DNA of 64,000 bases from an uncultured virus (IMG/VR IMGVR_UViG_3300017739_000002) (taxonomy: Duplodnaviria > Heunggongvirae > Uroviricota > Caudoviricetes), in the IMG/VR virus record IMGVR_UViG_3300017739_000002. One strand, 5' to 3'. This document shows, one piece after another, positions 27,557 to 38,066 of the stretch (positions within the stretch are counted from its first letter, which is position 1; every line of letters starts with the position of its first letter). The position numbers were made by a program, and so were the translations under genes. The notes under the pieces were generated by a model. That model was not told the DNA's origin. It did no database searches and saw nothing but the letters and a program-made list of their open reading frames with translations.

Positions 27557-28087
27557 TTACCTTACTGTAAGGTCCATGTAAAGTGGAACACTGTCTCCAA
27601 TATTATAGTTACGCTCTGTGCTGAACTTGAGACGTCCACCAGCATATTCTACAACCACTACACTACCATCACGTCGTTCGACTGTTTCTTGATTGTAATG
27701 TGTATGACATTTGTTAACCTGCTTGTAACCAACAATCTCTGTTGATTGCTTCTGCTTGCCTTTTTCATTGCCAATAATTGAACCAATTACTGCACCTGCG
27801 GCGCCAGAGCCATCACCTTTAACAACGTTATTGCCAATGATTCCACCAATAATAGCACCACCAATAATGTTGCCAATTACATCTCCACCTTTTTGTTGGT
27901 AGATTGGAACCTCTACAATTTTACAATGTTGTTGAGGATTGTTAGTAGTAATCTTACTGTACCGTGGTTCTACTTCAACGACGGTGCCTTGTACTGTAAA
28001 CTTACCAGTTGCGCCTTGAAAGGCGATTGCAGGGCTACATGATGCTAATGCAATAGTAGTTGCGGTTATAATAGATGCTAATTTCAT
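27557..28087 (-). CDS. Glycine-zipper 2TM exported protein (YcfJ-like)
   Basis: Signal peptide; GAIIGGIIGN..GDGSGAAGAVIG; two Cys. Confidence 0.8.
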   Translation of the reverse strand: MKLASIITATTIALASCSPAIAFQGATGKFTVQGTVVEVEPRYSKITTNNPQQHCKIVEVPIYQQKGGDVIGNIIGGAIIGGIIGNNVVKGDGSGAAGAVIGSIIGNEKGKQKQSTEIVGYKQVNKCHTHYNQETVERRDGSVVVVEYAGGRLKFSTERNYNIGDSVPLYMDLTVR

Positions 28088-28108
28088 TTGTACCTCCTAG
28101 TATCAATA

Positions 28109-28324
28109 TTAAGCATTATCTATAGTATAAGACATCTTGGCTACTTTGTCAACCTTTTGTTGCATGTCTATACCAATTTCTTTTTCGAAATCAAACTCTA
28201 GTTGATCTTCGTCGTCGTTGAACCATGTAGGCTCTATATCATAAAAAACATTTTGATCATGTTGATGTAACATTTGTTTCAAATGCTCTTCACTATAATT
28301 ATGACCAAATAAGTCTTTGTTCAT
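28109..28324 (-). CDS. Hypothetical protein
   Basis: TAATG-coupled ORF. Confidence 0.55.
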   Translation of the reverse strand: MNKDLFGHNYSEEHLKQMLHQHDQNVFYDIEPTWFNDDEDQLEFDFEKEIGIDMQQKVDKVAKMSYTIDNA

Positions 28325-28611
28325 TATACGAGCTCCGGGAACATTTGTTTAATATAATTTCTAACAATTATATCTGTTTCTGTATCTACATTAGAAATAC
28401 GACTTTTAGGTGCTTCTACGCCTAAACAAAAAATTTCGTCTTTTGCTACTCTTAACAGTTCACGTTTATTGAGCTTCTGAATTTGTTCTAAATTCACTTG
28501 TTCACTAACAATCGCCGATAATATGTAATCACTGACATCTTTGTGACTCATTGGAATCACAATCTTTGCATTTATTCGCTTTGCACCATCTGGATAGATT
28601 TGTGCTCTCAT
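28324..28611 (-). CDS. Hypothetical protein
   Basis: Likely start MRAQIY behind AAAGGT and a TTGACA/TATAGT promoter. Confidence 0.65.
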   Translation of the reverse strand: MRAQIYPDGAKRINAKIVIPMSHKDVSDYILSAIVSEQVNLEQIQKLNKRELLRVAKDEIFCLGVEAPKSRISNVDTETDIIVRNYIKQMFPELV

Positions 28612-28713
28612 TATTTTACCTTTCACCAAAGTGAGTTTATTGCATTTATATAACTCACTATAACACATAATACTATGGTGTCAAGCATTATTTCTTACTT
28701 TTCTTAACTTTTC

Positions 28714-30348
28714 TTACAGAGCGGCAATATTTGTTTGAAAATCCGCAAAATCTGTACTTGACGCAACTACTGACTTAAGAGTAGCGAGGTCTATTGTTTC
28801 TGAAGTTAAGAAACTACTTAAATCTGGCGGAGTATACTCAAATTCGCCAGTTGAATTATTGTATGTTAAATTACCTAATCCTGATGCTGAATTTTTTGTA
28901 ACACTTAATGAAGTTTTGTCAATATAACCTGCATCATTGGTAAATGCACTTACTAGTGTTGGGACACTTGTGCTTGGTCTGTTACTTAATGCATAATAAT
29001 CACCACTAAGTGCCACTGGTGCTAGATTAGCAGTTGTAGTATATTGTGATAAATCTGGTGGAGTATACGTAAATGTACCTGTTGTAGGATTATATCCTAA
29101 TGAAGGGCTTGTACTTGCGTTTGCAGTAGTTACACTTAATGCACCTAAAGTAATTCCACCTGATGCACCACCAGAGGTTGTGGATCCAGTTGTACCTGCT
29201 AAATTAGTTGTTGCACTTGGTGAATTATGAACAATTTGTCCTGTTGTACTAAGTCCTGCTATTCCAGGTTGAGATGGATATTGTGTTAAGGCACTTCCTG
29301 CACTTGTTTGTGTATTACCCTGTACCAGGTTATTTGTATACCCAATAATTCTTCCACAATAATCATATACAGGAATAAGTGCATTGACATCTGTAATAGG
29401 ATTACTGTCAGCTTCTAGTTTTGCTATTAGCTCTGGTTCTAACAAATAAAAGAAAATGTTATTACCTTGTCCATCTACCTCATATGCTTTTAAGTTATCA
29501 TAGTTTGCTTTCAAACTATTTGCAATACCGTGTGTGGTTGCAAAAGTCATATTTTCGGGATCAATACCAACACCAACACCTGTGTTAACTCTATCAGTAG
29601 TTGCAAAGGTACTTCCTCCTTTACCACCAGGACCTGTTTCTGTTGAACCATTACCAAAGTTATTTTCAAACTCCATTAAGTTCTGCATATCATTTTTAAA
29701 AGCGTCTAACTGGTTTTTAAAATTATCTAGTGTAGACTGTGGTAAGTTTGCTAGATTACTTAAATTATCCTGAATGTCTTTAAGAATACCACCATTAAAA
29801 ATAGGATTAAAATTACCTGAGCTATCAATACAGCCTCCAATATCACTATCAGCCATAGATCCCAGGTTATCTAATAATCGTTTACCTTCACCAGTAAAAC
29901 TACCAAACATATCACCCAACACATTAGGAATAGCTCTTGGTATAACTGGCGTACCACAAAAATTAATCATATTAGCAACGGCCGCAAATTCTGCTACCGC
30001 GGCGTTCATACGGTTTAAAACGTTTTCTATATCCGTGTGAGCAGTAAATTCTTCAAGTGCCTGCTCTGCTTCTCTAAGTTTAGTTTCTAAATCTGCTAAA
30101 GCACCCTGCCAGTTTACACCAGCATTGTTTAACAGTCTGCCTAAGTTTGCTTTTAGACAAATTTGAACATTTGGTAACTTTAATCCATTACCAGCCAATA
30201 AACTACAGATAAGCTCTCGCATAGTAAAGCTCTGTTCTGTTGTCGTTACTGTACCTGTTGTTGGATCAATAGTAGTGCTAGTAGGTATACTTACTGTCCT
30301 ATTTAAATATTCGTTAGCACTTTCTAATCCGCCCTGAAAATCTGTCAT
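28714..30348 (-). CDS. Putative virion (baseplate/tail-associated) protein
   Basis: Directly follows PAAR; G/T/S-rich; two copies of LSVT..AS....L.YN..TG.F.YTPPDLS. Confidence 0.6.
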   Translation of the reverse strand: MTDFQGGLESANEYLNRTVSIPTSTTIDPTTGTVTTTEQSFTMRELICSLLAGNGLKLPNVQICLKANLGRLLNNAGVNWQGALADLETKLREAEQALEEFTAHTDIENVLNRMNAAVAEFAAVANMINFCGTPVIPRAIPNVLGDMFGSFTGEGKRLLDNLGSMADSDIGGCIDSSGNFNPIFNGGILKDIQDNLSNLANLPQSTLDNFKNQLDAFKNDMQNLMEFENNFGNGSTETGPGGKGGSTFATTDRVNTGVGVGIDPENMTFATTHGIANSLKANYDNLKAYEVDGQGNNIFFYLLEPELIAKLEADSNPITDVNALIPVYDYCGRIIGYTNNLVQGNTQTSAGSALTQYPSQPGIAGLSTTGQIVHNSPSATTNLAGTTGSTTSGGASGGITLGALSVTTANASTSPSLGYNPTTGTFTYTPPDLSQYTTTANLAPVALSGDYYALSNRPSTSVPTLVSAFTNDAGYIDKTSLSVTKNSASGLGNLTYNNSTGEFEYTPPDLSSFLTSETIDLATLKSVVASSTDFADFQTNIAAL

Positions 30349-30636
30349 TTATCCTCCAATATAAACGTTTGGACTACCGCTAGTTGCTTTTGGATTACAA
30401 TGTGGACCGCCTGGAATTGGACACAATCTATCCGGGCTTGCACTATTTCCATTTATCACAACTAAAATTCCTCCAATATACACGTTAGGATTGGCCGCTT
30501 TTAAGTTACCAGCACCATGTGTATTTGGGTTGCCATCCACTGAAGTTATTCTATTATTTGTATAGACGTTAGCACATGCGGCCTTTGTAACTGCACCACA
30601 TGAACGATCATCTCTATCTCTATGTGTTTCTGGCAT
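30349..30636 (-). CDS. PAAR-type spike tip protein (gp5.4-like)
   Basis: R..D..SCG, three NVY.(N/G) repeats, H/C metal ligands, SGSPNVYIGG. Confidence 0.85.
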   Translation of the reverse strand: MPETHRDRDDRSCGAVTKAACANVYTNNRITSVDGNPNTHGAGNLKAANPNVYIGGILVVINGNSASPDRLCPIPGGPHCNPKATSGSPNVYIGG

Positions 30637-31162
30637 TTCTTGATCTCTGTTCTGCTACTAATGATTCCATATGTATTATAGTATTTAGCGTAGATTTATA
30701 CGAGCTTGTCATGGCACCCATCAAATTATTGTTCTGAACCCTAATAGAATCTATGTCCATTATTTTAACACTGTAATCATCTAAATTTACAAGCAGATTA
30801 TAGTCTGTCATATCTGTATGTTCAATTCCAGGATATTCATTTTGTATACTGACTATCACTTTTCTATGTTCAAATAATGCACACATAGCATCATGGCATA
30901 GGTGGAAAAGTATTTCTGGATCAACTTTAAATAATTGTGTATTAAAAAAATCATGAAAGTTCAGTGAATTTTCAATATACTGCATAGAATATGTTGTTGA
31001 ATTTATAAGATCAATTGGCTGTATGTAAACGTCAGACTTGCTCGTTACTGCCGTCATGTGTTCCCATTCTAATTCGCCAGTGAATATTTGTTTTTGTAAG
31101 AACGTTTTATCATCTGAAACAGAAAGTTTACTCTTACCTTTCCGAATGTCTAATGTATACAT
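30620..31162 (-). CDS. Protein-kinase-like fold protein
   Basis: YSMQYI hinge, HTDMTDYNLLV catalytic loop, KIMDID. Confidence 0.6.
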   Translation of the reverse strand: MYTLDIRKGKSKLSVSDDKTFLQKQIFTGELEWEHMTAVTSKSDVYIQPIDLINSTTYSMQYIENSLNFHDFFNTQLFKVDPEILFHLCHDAMCALFEHRKVIVSIQNEYPGIEHTDMTDYNLLVNLDDYSVKIMDIDSIRVQNNNLMGAMTSSYKSTLNTIIHMESLVAEQRSRNARNT

Positions 31163-31455
31163 TAGTTAACTACTGCAAGTCCTGTTGTACTCTGTGTATA
31201 TGTATCAGTAGCATCTTTAGATGTTTTTACAATACAAATAATTGTGTTTGTGTGAAGTTTTACTTTTGCTTCTTGATCAACAGTAAACATAAAAGGAGCC
31301 AATCCTGCTCCGTTATCACCAGCCACTAACATTAGTGGCTTTCTAATTACAATGTGATCTTTTGTTTCTTTTTCTAGACGGGCAACCATTTCCTCGCCAG
31401 AACTAAGTTTGATGCTAACAACATCGCCTTCTTTATAAGGACTTTCAATAATCAT
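31162..31455 (-). CDS. Sm-like phage protein
   Basis: VVSIKLSSGEE.VAR...KPL. Confidence 0.65.
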   Translation of the reverse strand: MIIESPYKEGDVVSIKLSSGEEMVARLEKETKDHIVIRKPLMLVAGDNGAGLAPFMFTVDQEAKVKLHTNTIICIVKTSKDATDTYTQSTTGLAVVN

Positions 31456-31464
31456 ATGATTCTC

Positions 31465-31719
31465 CTAAAAGGAATGTCCAGTGCCATTATATCCTGTATT
31501 ATCGATATACTCTAGCATCTGTTCATATCCACCTATTTTGTCATTATTAATCACGATTTGTGGGAATGTCCTTGCTCCAGGAAAATTCTCCATAATTGTT
31601 TCGCGATCAAAGTCTTTGCCAAGTTCCTTGTACTCATAAGGATACTGTCTTTGTTCACATAGAGCTTTTGCTCTCATGCAAGAAGGACAAGCAGGCTTGC
31701 CCCAAATTACTATGCTCAT
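31465..31719 (-). CDS. nrdC: Glutaredoxin
   Basis: CPSC, RTFPQI, IGGY; follows nrdB. Confidence 0.9.
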   Translation of the reverse strand: MSIVIWGKPACPSCMRAKALCEQRQYPYEYKELGKDFDRETIMENFPGARTFPQIVINNDKIGGYEQMLEYIDNTGYNGTGHSF

Positions 31720-31729
31720 ATATATCTCC

Positions 31730-32857
31730 CTATAGTGATAATCCGCTGAACGTTTTATCGTCAACGTCTTGTTTTACGCCACCAATAACATATGAACTAA
31801 TTTCTGTTTCTTGTGGTGCGACTTGTACTTCTGCTCCACTAATCCACTTTTGTGTCCAAGGTAGTGGATTTGCTTGTGTAGTTGTATAAGGACACTTCAA
31901 GCCTAATGCTGTCATCCTTTTACAACAGATCCATTCAATGTAATCATGTAATAGTTTTGCATTTAGACCAATCATTGAACCACCAGCAAATAAGAAATCT
32001 GCCCATTCTTTTTCCTGTTCTACTGCGTCAGTGAACATTTTTGTAACTTCGTCTTTGCACTCTTCTGCAATTTTAACAAAGTCTGGATCTTCTTTTGGAA
32101 GCACTTTTGTAATCATATATTGTGTACTACCTAAATGTACGTTCTCATCACGTGCAATTAGTTTAATAATCTTTGCATTACCTTCCATCTTTTTAAGTTC
32201 TGCAAAAGCCCAAGAGCAAGCAAAACTTACATAGAAACGAACACCTTCCAAAATGTTTACACTGTTAAGTGCCAACCATACTTTTTTCTTAAGATCATAT
32301 TTGTCAACAACAATCTTCTTACCATTGACTGTATGTGTTCCTTCTCCTAAGAGTTGATAGTACATACTTTTTTCAATTAGATCATCATAGTATTTTGTGA
32401 TATCATCAGCACAATCCAAAATTTGTGGAATGTCTAGCATCTCATCAAATACTTTTGTAGGATTTGCATATACGTTTCTAATAATATGTGTATAACTTCT
32501 ACTGTGGATTGTTTCACTAAATGTCCAAGTAGTAATCCAGTTTTCAAGTTCTGGTAAACTTACAATAGGATTGAAACTCTCTGCTGGAGCTCTACCCTGT
32601 ACACTATCCAACAAGATTTGTCTCTTCAGATTACTTGTAAAAATATGTTGTTCGTGTTCAGTCAAATCCTTAAAGTCTTTAGCATCTTTTAGAATATCTA
32701 CTTCTTCAGGACGCCAAAAGAATCCAAGTTGTTTGTCTGTCAACTTATCAAATTGTTTATACTTTAAAGTATCGTAACGTTGCATACCCAGACCCTCGTC
32801 AAGGAATGCTAAGTTTTCTGTATGTTCTTTCTTTTGTGCTACATTTAAAACAGCCAT
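31730..32857 (-). CDS. nrdB: Ribonucleotide reductase class Ia beta subunit
   Basis: FFWRPEEV, LDSVQGR, ETIHSRSYTH, LEGVRFYVSF, RDENVH, VAPQETEISSY. Confidence 0.97.
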   Translation of the reverse strand: MAVLNVAQKKEHTENLAFLDEGLGMQRYDTLKYKQFDKLTDKQLGFFWRPEEVDILKDAKDFKDLTEHEQHIFTSNLKRQILLDSVQGRAPAESFNPIVSLPELENWITTWTFSETIHSRSYTHIIRNVYANPTKVFDEMLDIPQILDCADDITKYYDDLIEKSMYYQLLGEGTHTVNGKKIVVDKYDLKKKVWLALNSVNILEGVRFYVSFACSWAFAELKKMEGNAKIIKLIARDENVHLGSTQYMITKVLPKEDPDFVKIAEECKDEVTKMFTDAVEQEKEWADFLFAGGSMIGLNAKLLHDYIEWICCKRMTALGLKCPYTTTQANPLPWTQKWISGAEVQVAPQETEISSYVIGGVKQDVDDKTFSGLSL

Positions 32858-32867
32858 GTCATTTCCT

Positions 32868-35162
32868 TTATATTACACATGCTTCACAGTCTTCTTCATC
32901 AATATCGGTTGGAGCAAGTTCCTGTTGTTCTTCTTCTTTGAACTCCATTTCTCCTTGTCCGTCATAAGTATTAAAATAATATAGTTGCTTACCACCATAC
33001 TTGTAAAACATTACAAGATGTTGTAACATACTACTCATTGGAATCTTCTCATCTTCAAAATGAACTGGATTATAACTTGTATTAACACTGATGCCTTGAT
33101 CAATATATTTTTGTAATACAGCCATAATTTTTAAATAGCCCTCAGGAGACTTTTGATCCCATAATAAATCGTATGCATTTTTCATACGAGGATAACCAGG
33201 TACAACCTGCTTTAGTACACCATGTTTTGATTGTTTAACACTTACAAAACTACGTGGAGGTTCAATACCATTTGTTGAATTAGAAATTTGTGCAGATGTT
33301 TCTGCTGGCATTAGTGCCATGAGTGTTGAGTTTCTGATACCAGTATCTGCTAGTTGCTTTCTTAAACCTTTCCAGTCCATGCGTTCTTTATGCTTGACTA
33401 GTTCGTCTACTTCTTTTTTATATGTTAGGTTAGGTGTAATACCATGCCCATATTTTGTTTCTTTGTTACCACTAATTGCACCCTTTTCAGAGGCAAGATC
33501 AGCACTTGCTTTAATTAAGTAGTAACTCCATGCTTCTGCCCATTCGTCAACTAATTCTAAATTAGGATCCTGATAATTAGTATCATTCTTTGCCAACCAA
33601 TATGCAAAGTTAATAATACCTATACCCAATGGGCGTCTTTTCATTGTACTTAATTCTGCGGCCAGTACTGGATACTTCTGATAATCCAATAGTGCGTCTA
33701 ATGCTCTGACTGCTAAAGTACAAGGTTTTTCAAAATCTTCTGGGGTTTTAATATTGCCCCAATTAATTGCACTTAACGTGCATAAACTAATCTCTCCGTT
33801 TGTATCATCCAAACTTGAAAGTGGCTTTGTTGGCAAATTGATTTCACAACAAAGGTTGCTCTGATGAATAGGAGCAGTATCTTCAACAAATGCACCATGT
33901 GTATTAGCATGGTCTACATTCATAAGATATACACGACCTGTATTTTTACGCTCTTCCATAAACATTGCAAATAACTCAGGAGCACGAATAGTTTTCTTTC
34001 TAATAGAGTCGTCTTTTTCAGCCGCTTCATATATTTCTTTAAATTTATCTTGATCAGCAAAAAATGCTTCATATAATCCTGGTACATCACTAGGAGAAAA
34101 CAGGGTTATGTCTTTATTTGTTAGCAGTCTTTCATACATAAGTTTATTAAACTGTACGCCATAATCCATATGTCTAACACGATTGTCTTCTGTACCCTTG
34201 TTGTTCTTTAGTACTAGTAAGTCTTCCACTTCCAAATGCCAGATAGGATAGTACAGAGTTGCCGCTCCACCACGTACACCGCCTTGGCTACATGATTTAA
34301 CTGCACTTTGAAACATTTTGTAAAATGGAATAACTCCTGTATGTGTTGCATCTCCTTTGCGAATTGGAGATCCAATGGCACGAATGGCGCCTGCTCCAAT
34401 ACCAATACCCGCTTTCTGTGAAACATATTTGACTATAGATGACGAAGTTGAATTAATGCTGTCTAAACTATCATCTGTTTCAATGAGAACACAAGAAGAA
34501 AACTGTCTTTGTGGTGTACGTAGTCCTGCCATAATAGGTGTTGGCAAACTAATATCAAAATTGCTTGTTGCGTTATAGAAATCTCTTACCCAACGCATAC
34601 GCTCTTCTTTAGCATAATCGCTAAACAATGTTAGTGCAATCATCATGTATGCTACTTGTGGTGTTTCATACACAATGCCCGTAGCTCTATTTTGTACAAG
34701 ATACTTGCCTCTAAATTGTTCCATACCCACGTATGCAATGTTCTCGTCTCGATCATGTCTTATATAACTATCTGCTAATTCAATTTCTTCAGGTGTATAA
34801 AGTTGTAAAATCTCATCATCATAAAAACCTAGTTCAATGTTTTTGTCAATAATTTGTTGTAACGGCCACGGCTCATACTGATCATAAACCATTTTACGTA
34901 AATGATAATTAATCAGCCGACCTGCTACCCATTGATAGTTTGGCGTTTCTTCTGTAATTAAATCTGCCGCCGCCTTAATAAGAGTTTCTTGAATATTACT
35001 ACTGCTAATGCCATTATAAAACTGTAAATGACTACGGATTTCTACTTCACTTGGACTAACACCCGTAACACCTTCACAGGCAAAAAATACCACCTTGTGC
35101 ATTTTTTCTAAGTCTAATGACTCGGAAGCACCGTCTCTCTTACTAACTATAATTTCACTCAT
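32868..35162 (-). CDS. nrdA: Ribonucleotide reductase class Ia alpha subunit
   Basis: ATP cone, PTPIMAG, QFSSCVL, CSQGGVRGG, SNLCCEI, KQLYY, C-terminal CEAC. Confidence 0.97.
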   Translation of the reverse strand: MSEIIVSKRDGASESLDLEKMHKVVFFACEGVTGVSPSEVEIRSHLQFYNGISSSNIQETLIKAAADLITEETPNYQWVAGRLINYHLRKMVYDQYEPWPLQQIIDKNIELGFYDDEILQLYTPEEIELADSYIRHDRDENIAYVGMEQFRGKYLVQNRATGIVYETPQVAYMMIALTLFSDYAKEERMRWVRDFYNATSNFDISLPTPIMAGLRTPQRQFSSCVLIETDDSLDSINSTSSSIVKYVSQKAGIGIGAGAIRAIGSPIRKGDATHTGVIPFYKMFQSAVKSCSQGGVRGGAATLYYPIWHLEVEDLLVLKNNKGTEDNRVRHMDYGVQFNKLMYERLLTNKDITLFSPSDVPGLYEAFFADQDKFKEIYEAAEKDDSIRKKTIRAPELFAMFMEERKNTGRVYLMNVDHANTHGAFVEDTAPIHQSNLCCEINLPTKPLSSLDDTNGEISLCTLSAINWGNIKTPEDFEKPCTLAVRALDALLDYQKYPVLAAELSTMKRRPLGIGIINFAYWLAKNDTNYQDPNLELVDEWAEAWSYYLIKASADLASEKGAISGNKETKYGHGITPNLTYKKEVDELVKHKERMDWKGLRKQLADTGIRNSTLMALMPAETSAQISNSTNGIEPPRSFVSVKQSKHGVLKQVVPGYPRMKNAYDLLWDQKSPEGYLKIMAVLQKYIDQGISVNTSYNPVHFEDEKIPMSSMLQHLVMFYKYGGKQLYYFNTYDGQGEMEFKEEEQQELAPTDIDEEDCEACVI

Positions 35163-35216
35163 TCTAACACCTACAAATAATCTGTATTTAAGACATCATT
35201 GATGCCTTTAACCTGT

Positions 35217-35642
35217 TTATAATAATTCTTTGGGACAATATCTGTCTAGTACATCGCAGTTTACTAGTGCTGATTTTTTGTCGACTACACCATAAGTATA
35301 ACCTAAAACAAACGTTTTGTCAACCAAAACAATAAGTCCCAAAAAACTTATTTTATTATCTTGTACTAGCAAAACTTCACAATCGATGTCTGCTAGTTGC
35401 AAACTATAAGCCATTGCTAATGCAATGGCATTCTCATCCATATCTCCTGCATATAATAATTCCCATGGTCCAGGCCATAATGCATTATCATATACATCGA
35501 TAACACGACTGCTTAATGGTGCAGTCTTAAACCAGTCTACAAGCTCTTGTAGACTATCTTCTAAATTTTCTTTATCAATACTTTGCCTAAAAGATCGCCA
35601 TTTTTTCAGACGTTCAGTAGGCGGTGCCATCCACTGTGTCAT
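35217..35642 (-). CDS. Hypothetical protein
   Basis: 141-aa ORF with WP.PWELL. Confidence 0.7.
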   Translation of the reverse strand: MTQWMAPPTERLKKWRSFRQSIDKENLEDSLQELVDWFKTAPLSSRVIDVYDNALWPGPWELLYAGDMDENAIALAMAYSLQLADIDCEVLLVQDNKISFLGLIVLVDKTFVLGYTYGVVDKKSALVNCDVLDRYCPKELL

Positions 35643-35648
35643 TTCATT

Positions 35649-36374
35649 TTAAACTGATTTCCAGTTAGTAAGTAAATAGGACAATTCGGAATTGTTAGTA
35701 GCAGTATATTGTAAATTAAAAATACCACCTGCTACAACGCCTGAGAAAACATTGTCTAAATCAGTACCTGTTGGATTAACGCTTGTTACATAACTATCTT
35801 CTAAGATACTTGTGTTTCCGGTTGCGTCAATACTTACACTAATTACTCCTTTACGTCTACCATTTGTATTTTTCAGTATATATTGTATATCAACATAATC
35901 ATAATTTGAACCATCTACTGCTATACCTGCATTTGTTGCAGAAACAGATAACGGTAATGATCTGCTATCTGGTGAATACCTTGTGTCGCTATCTGGTGAA
36001 CTTGTTATTACTTCAGTATTAAACTTACATAAAATTACTGCACCATTAGCAGGAGCCGTGTTAAACGTAATTGCAGAATCATTAGCAGTATAAGTTGATG
36101 GTGATTGAAGTGTATCATCAACGTAAACTGCATATGTCATCTTGTTACCAAATTCTAACACTGCATTATTAGTAGTCGTGCCATCACTATCTGTGTCTAT
36201 AAGCGGAAAGGAAAAGACTGTTTCAGATCCATCACCTGTTTGTGATGGTGTTGGATTATTACCAATATAAAGTCTTTGTACGTCTGTTGCGTAACCAAAT
36301 TCACCTGGTTCTAATACTGGTAAATCTACTAGGTTACCCTGTCTTACTTTGATTTGTGCTACTACTGATGGCAT
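35649..36374 (-). CDS. Putative virion structural protein
   Basis: N-terminal VR.G...LP.L..GE.GYATD..RLYIG fibre-attachment-type motif; beta-rich; TAAATA upstream. Confidence 0.7.
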   Translation of the reverse strand: MPSVVAQIKVRQGNLVDLPVLEPGEFGYATDVQRLYIGNNPTPSQTGDGSETVFSFPLIDTDSDGTTTNNAVLEFGNKMTYAVYVDDTLQSPSTYTANDSAITFNTAPANGAVILCKFNTEVITSSPDSDTRYSPDSRSLPLSVSATNAGIAVDGSNYDYVDIQYILKNTNGRRKGVISVSIDATGNTSILEDSYVTSVNPTGTDLDNVFSGVVAGGIFNLQYTATNNSELSYLLTNWKSV

Positions 36375-36398
36375 AATTGTTTCCTCATTATATGGTAT

Positions 36399-37073
36399 TT
36401 ATGCAAGTTCATAAAATTCTTGCAACCTTAACGCCCATTTTGTCTCCCAATCTGGAAACTCTTTTTCGTCTACCTCAAATAATTGCCACTGACAATCTTT
36501 ACTACACATAAAGATTGCAATGTTTTCTATTTTAGTTTCATACAATTCATTGTGTGCTAGAGCATAGGCGGCGCCTTGCATAAAATAATCGTCAATCCAT
36601 TCACGTTTCTTAGGTTTATTAGTTTGTTTAAAATCCATAATAGAATGTTTACCTTTGTAAACACCAACTAAGTCTGTTGTGCCAGCATATAGTTGTGGAT
36701 AACATAAGTTTACTTCACTACCCCAAACTTCATCTAAGTCTGGCTCAATGTTTTGCTTAATTACATCAGCCATTTTCTCAGATAGTATGGTTGTTTGACC
36801 TGTGTAGTTTTCGTTCTTTACCCAGTATTCAAGTATGGCATGCATACGTGAACCATTGTCTGAAGCTTCTGTTACAATACGTTGTGCCTCTTTTTCACCA
36901 ACACGCTTCTTCCAATTAGCAAGAGCTTGTCTTTGTTTTTGTGGTTTTGTTTTATCCAAAATTGTTGTAACACTAGGGACAGGATTGCCATACGGATTTT
37001 CGTATAAACGTTTACCGTTTACACTTTTGCGTTTAAATTCTTGATATGGATAGGGAGAAGTTATTTTTAACAT
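36399..37073 (-). CDS. PD-(D/E)xK exonuclease
   Basis: PSVTTIL, G..MH, E, YAGTTD, MDFKQ, Q..AYA. Confidence 0.88.
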   Translation of the reverse strand: MLKITSPYPYQEFKRKSVNGKRLYENPYGNPVPSVTTILDKTKPQKQRQALANWKKRVGEKEAQRIVTEASDNGSRMHAILEYWVKNENYTGQTTILSEKMADVIKQNIEPDLDEVWGSEVNLCYPQLYAGTTDLVGVYKGKHSIMDFKQTNKPKKREWIDDYFMQGAAYALAHNELYETKIENIAIFMCSKDCQWQLFEVDEKEFPDWETKWALRLQEFYELA

Positions 37074-37079
37074 TATCTA

Positions 37080-37108
37080 AATATACAATAAAAATGTAAG
37101 GAAGTCAA
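37080..37108 (-). promoter_or_regulatory. Sigma70 promoter, probably leaderless
   Basis: TTGACT-N17-TATATT-N6-ATG. Confidence 0.65.
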
Positions 37109-37115
37109 GTAGTTT

Positions 37116-37736
37116 TTACCAACTAATATCCCATTGGAATGTTTGGTTGGTTGCTGAATTTGTACTACGTTCAATTCTATATCCTAAGTCTTGAAAATAC
37201 TTAACGATATAATCCATCTGTGTTTTATAGCCTCTGTTAGTGGCTGTACCCATCCATGTATGCCAGTATGTTGAACTTGTTGGATTAGGTGGTGTGTATG
37301 TATTTGCAGTGATTCCTAAGTTATTATTTGCAGTACCTGCATCAATAATATATGTCCATGATGTGGCGGCTGGAATGTTGTGTGTAAGAACAATATGATT
37401 ACTTGCATCCTTACTCGCAACAAGTCCAGTAATTGCCGCATCATTGATGTCTGCTATAATAGCATTTAGGTTAGTTCCTGTTGTTCCTAGTGCTACTGAT
37501 GTACCATTAAAACTAAATGTTTCACCAACAACAATAGTAGGATTTGCCACTGTGCCTGTAATTACAACTTCCGGAGTACTCTCTGTCATAGTAGTACCAT
37601 CAGTTATAGTTGAAGCATAGTTGCCTGCGGCACTTTGCGTTATAATATCCTTCATTATATACTGAACTTCATCATATATGATCATATCACTATTTGATTT
37701 AGCTCTTGCCTGTGCGGCATTTAATCCTATGTTCAT
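37116..37736 (-). CDS. Putative virion structural protein
   Basis: T/A/N-rich, beta-type composition. Confidence 0.6.
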   Translation of the reverse strand: MNIGLNAAQARAKSNSDMIIYDEVQYIMKDIITQSAAGNYASTITDGTTMTESTPEVVITGTVANPTIVVGETFSFNGTSVALGTTGTNLNAIIADINDAAITGLVASKDASNHIVLTHNIPAATSWTYIIDAGTANNNLGITANTYTPPNPTSSTYWHTWMGTATNRGYKTQMDYIVKYFQDLGYRIERSTNSATNQTFQWDISW

Positions 37737-38065
37737 TAGCCTAACTCTTTCTTCACTTGCTTACGTGCTAGTTTGTCAATTTTATTATCCTGTGCTTCAG
37801 GATCTGGTTCTTCTGGATCTCCTGCAGATGCATCACTATCTGTATTGAAGAATATTACGTCATCCTTAATGTTGCGTACTATTGCGAGGTTCTGTGCAAC
37901 ATCAAACAAACTGTTTTCATCTACATCAATACCCTGCTTTGCTAACTCCTTTACAAGAACTGGAATTGGAATACTATTAATACCTTCCCCTGCCATGACT
38001 GTTAGTAAGTCAAGTATAGCATCTTGTAAATCACTGTTCTCTGCAATTAGATCCGAAAAACGCAT
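37736..38065 (-). CDS. Hypothetical acidic protein (possible head protein)
   Basis: Likely start MRFSDLIAE. Confidence 0.65.
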   Translation of the reverse strand: MRFSDLIAENSDLQDAILDLLTVMAGEGINSIPIPVLVKELAKQGIDVDENSLFDVAQNLAIVRNIKDDVIFFNTDSDASAGDPEEPDPEAQDNKIDKLARKQVKKELG

Positions 38066-38066
38066 A

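Noticed and set aside
36399..37073. Cas4 / CRISPR-associated nuclease
   Set aside because: PD-(D/E)xK motifs are present but the four-Cys Fe-S cluster is not; an ordinary phage exonuclease
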